This document shows positions 26,840-28,997 of a stretch of 28,997 nucleotides of DNA, piece after piece. Location: contig CAYJCT010000001.1 in NCBI GenBank assembly GCA_964368745.1, positions 1-28,997 of the forward strand, in the 5' to 3' direction. The DNA is from an uncultured Christensenella sp. (lineage in GTDB: Bacteria > Bacillota > Clostridia > Christensenellales > UBA1242). Within the stretch, counting starts at the first letter, position 1; every line of letters starts with the position of its first letter. A program made the position numbers and the translations under genes. The notes beneath the pieces are model-generated. The model was not told the origin of the DNA, did no database searches, and saw only the letters and a program-made list of their open reading frames with translations.

Positions 26840-28177
26840 CTACAACATTAAAGTGTAGTTGTTGGTTTTAATTTCTCTCATTATGTTCACTTCCGCACCC
26901 GTTTCTGCGTCCAGATAAACATAATACACATAATCTTTCCACTCACACACAAATTCAAAAGCGCGCCTCTCTCCCACAAACTTGTTAGGAATCACACAAA
27001 AATTTCGCATTTTCACAGTGAGAGCACTGCTGAGCATGGCTTTAGCGTCAAGTATTCCTAAATTATAAGAAAAAGTTCCTCTATCACGGTTGTTGTAAGC
27101 ATAATTGGTTGCCTCAAAACCGATAACCATGCCCGTGGTGTTGTCTATTTTTATTTTTATCAAATCGGGATAATAAATAACCTTATCAACAATCGGAGCC
27201 ATGTTCACATAAGTTATATGCCCATGTGACGCCGTCCACACAGCATGCAGGTTTTCGAACTCGAAATCTTGTGTTATGTTTTGGGCTAGATTTTCACACT
27301 CGGCAATGGTAAGGTTCTTGTCACCGTCACCTCCGCCATAACTTGTAATGTTAATAAGCATTCCTCCCCGTTTTGTGAACTGTGCAAAAAAATCACCCTC
27401 CTCGTTTGATAATTTATAATTGTAGGTGGAAAATTTATTTTCTGTTTCTCCCAAAAATTCCACCTCACTGTTTTTGTAATAATTGTTTAACAGTACAACT
27501 CTTTCATCTGCCTGTTCTTTTGTAATTTCCACTTCTGGCAAACCCAGTACCTTGCGATTAAGCACACTATCAGAAAAAGGGCCGTCGTAAATTAAAGCCG
27601 GCACCTCCGACGATGCATTCTCACTGGCAATAATTCCCGCATTAAAATCGCTTTTGTCGCCATTACCAAAGTCTATGTTTTTTGAAATTTTAAAGTCGTA
27701 AGCCAACCTTGAAGCATAGGAATTTAGGTCGTAGAGTAGCACCGCACTTTTAGTGTGAAATTCCTCCACATTCTCAAAATCGGCTACTGAGAGTTTATCT
27801 CCTCCCGTTGTTTTTTCCACCAGCGAATAGACATAGCCTCCGCAAGTGTTTATAAAACTGTTCACATCTTGTATCTTATTATTTGAGATGGGCAAAGCAT
27901 TCAGATGCGCGTTTGCAAGCACACATGTAACATAAAGAGAACGCAAAATTTCGTTCTGAGAAGAGAGCGAATTAGTGGCAATTAATTTACTAAAATCCAC
28001 TTCCAAATCATCCACATTGCCCACCAATTCCAAGTAGGTTCTCTGATATAAATTTTCTAGTTGTTTGGTGTAATTTATGTTGGTAATCCAAAGCGAAATA
28101 ATCAGCGCCAAGGCAAGCACTCCACACACGCACGAAAGCGCAATCACCCACCCTTTATAAACTTTTCTTTTTGCCAC
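26840..28177 (-). CDS. ypeB: Spore germination protein YpeB (N-terminal TM anchor, C-terminal PepSY-like repeats); 445 aa
   Basis: Hydrophobic N-terminal helix, LENLYQR..ELV motif, conserved LIYDGPFSD, YYPDLIKIKI, and YVYLDAETGAEV PepSY-like end. It lies directly downstream of sleB. GTG start with SD AGGAGG (28189-28184) 6 nt upstream. Confidence 0.92.
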   Translation of the reverse strand: MAKRKVYKGWVIALSCVCGVLALALIISLWITNINYTKQLENLYQRTYLELVGNVDDLEVDFSKLIATNSLSSQNEILRSLYVTCVLANAHLNALPISNNKIQDVNSFINTCGGYVYSLVEKTTGGDKLSVADFENVEEFHTKSAVLLYDLNSYASRLAYDFKISKNIDFGNGDKSDFNAGIIASENASSEVPALIYDGPFSDSVLNRKVLGLPEVEITKEQADERVVLLNNYYKNSEVEFLGETENKFSTYNYKLSNEEGDFFAQFTKRGGMLINITSYGGGDGDKNLTIAECENLAQNITQDFEFENLHAVWTASHGHITYVNMAPIVDKVIYYPDLIKIKIDNTTGMVIGFEATNYAYNNRDRGTFSYNLGILDAKAMLSSALTVKMRNFCVIPNKFVGERRAFEFVCEWKDYVYYVYLDAETGAEVNIMREIKTNNYTLML

Positions 28178-28212
28178 AACTCCCCTCCTAAAACATTATG
28201 AGTCGCAATCAA

Positions 28213-28274
28213 AACCCACACTTATTGTCACAAACTATACTGTTATTGATTGTATAACCCACACAGTTGTCACA
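28213..28274. repeat. Imperfect 19-20 bp direct repeat in the sleB-ypeB spacer
   Basis: AACCCACACttaTTGTCACA (28213-28232) and AACCCACACagTTGTCACA (28256-28274). Confidence 0.65.
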
Positions 28275-28923
28275 CAGCAAACACATGCTTACCAATCACC
28301 ACCACAGTTCTACGCGAAAAAATCCAAGAACTTGTAGCCACTGCAGGGTTGTAATAATATATCGATCCATAACTGGGATCCCATCCATTCATAGCATCTT
28401 CCGCCGCCTGATATGCCTCCCCATTTGGCTCCAAATTTATCTGCCCGTCATGCACCGCAGTGAACGCCCAAGGCTGATAAACAACGCCATAAATTGTGTT
28501 AGGAAAATTAGGGTCTTTTACTCGATTCAGGATGACCGCACCCACCGCCACCTTGCCCTCATAAATCTCTCCTCGCGCCTCTGCATGTATGCATTTTGCC
28601 AACAAATATAAGTCGTTGTTTTGTTGCGTGCCCAAATAAATTCCCAGCGCATTTGCTGTTGCACCATCCACTTCTCCTGAAACTCGCAGGCCATTTGTTT
28701 TTTGAAATGAGCGGATTGCTTCTCGCGTTTCTGCCGTCATACTGCCCGTCACAGCACCACCATAATAACCCCAATCTTTTAATTTTTGTTGCACTTCTGT
28801 TACATTTACATCATCTGCAAAAATCTCTCTTGGCACCCAAAAATGATGCAAATATAACGCACAAATCAAAAGCACACAAAACACTGTTAGCACTGAAATA
28901 TATAGCCTTTCCCTCTTTGCCAT
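28270..28923 (-). CDS. sleB: Spore cortex-lytic enzyme SleB (PG-binding domain + Hydrolase_2 lytic transglycosylase); 217 aa
   Basis: N-terminal hydrophobic segment; PG-binding motif VQQKLKDWGYY...AIRSFQKTNGL; catalytic region LLAKCIHAEARGE (catalytic Glu), VAVGAVILNRV, YQPWAFTAV, GWDPSYGSIYYYNP, IGKHVF. Preferred start is ATG 28923 (SD GAGGAG 10 nt upstream) over TTG 28941. Canonical sleB-ypeB pairing. Confidence 0.93.
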   Translation of the reverse strand: MAKRERLYISVLTVFCVLLICALYLHHFWVPREIFADDVNVTEVQQKLKDWGYYGGAVTGSMTAETREAIRSFQKTNGLRVSGEVDGATANALGIYLGTQQNNDLYLLAKCIHAEARGEIYEGKVAVGAVILNRVKDPNFPNTIYGVVYQPWAFTAVHDGQINLEPNGEAYQAAEDAMNGWDPSYGSIYYYNPAVATSSWIFSRRTVVVIGKHVFAV

Positions 28924-28997
28924 TTTATCTTTTCTCCTCAAGTATTTTTGTTTTTTTCTTTAAGCATTTTATCATTTCACATTAAGCATTTTTATCT

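Noticed and set aside
28190-28230. Internal sigma-G promoter for ypeB (CATAATG resembling a -10)
   Set aside because: No matching -35 element at the expected spacing.
27286-28985. Short ORFs overlapping ypeB and sleB (27286-27468, 28267-28611, 28559-28774, 28596-28985)
   Set aside because: They fully overlap confidently identified genes and show no protein-like features.

Overview
Chromosome-like window from an endospore-forming Bacillota, probably Clostridia-like (inferred from sleB-ypeB; standard genetic code). Four genes are supported, all on the minus strand. In transcription order they are: sleB (spore cortex-lytic enzyme) and ypeB, then an intrinsic terminator; a ~630 bp intergenic region with two degenerate tandem DNA arrays (about 9 x 23 bp and 5 x 33 bp) and a perfect sigma-A consensus promoter; one uninterrupted ~25 kb gene; and a stand-alone GlmU-type acetyltransferase domain with extra beta-helix coils. 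The 25 kb gene encodes a ~8,356-aa predicted lipoprotein. Its order is: signal peptide II, Ig-like array, GLUG/beta-helix module 1 carrying a ~1,000-aa acidic insert, second Ig-like array, seven more GLUG modules, InlB-B-type repeats, and an unassigned C-terminal tip. No mobile element, RNA gene or CRISPR array is supported. The best candidate for an undescribed system is the giant surface lipoprotein together with its repeat-array upstream region. Domain calls come from motif recognition by eye, so internal boundaries are approximate.
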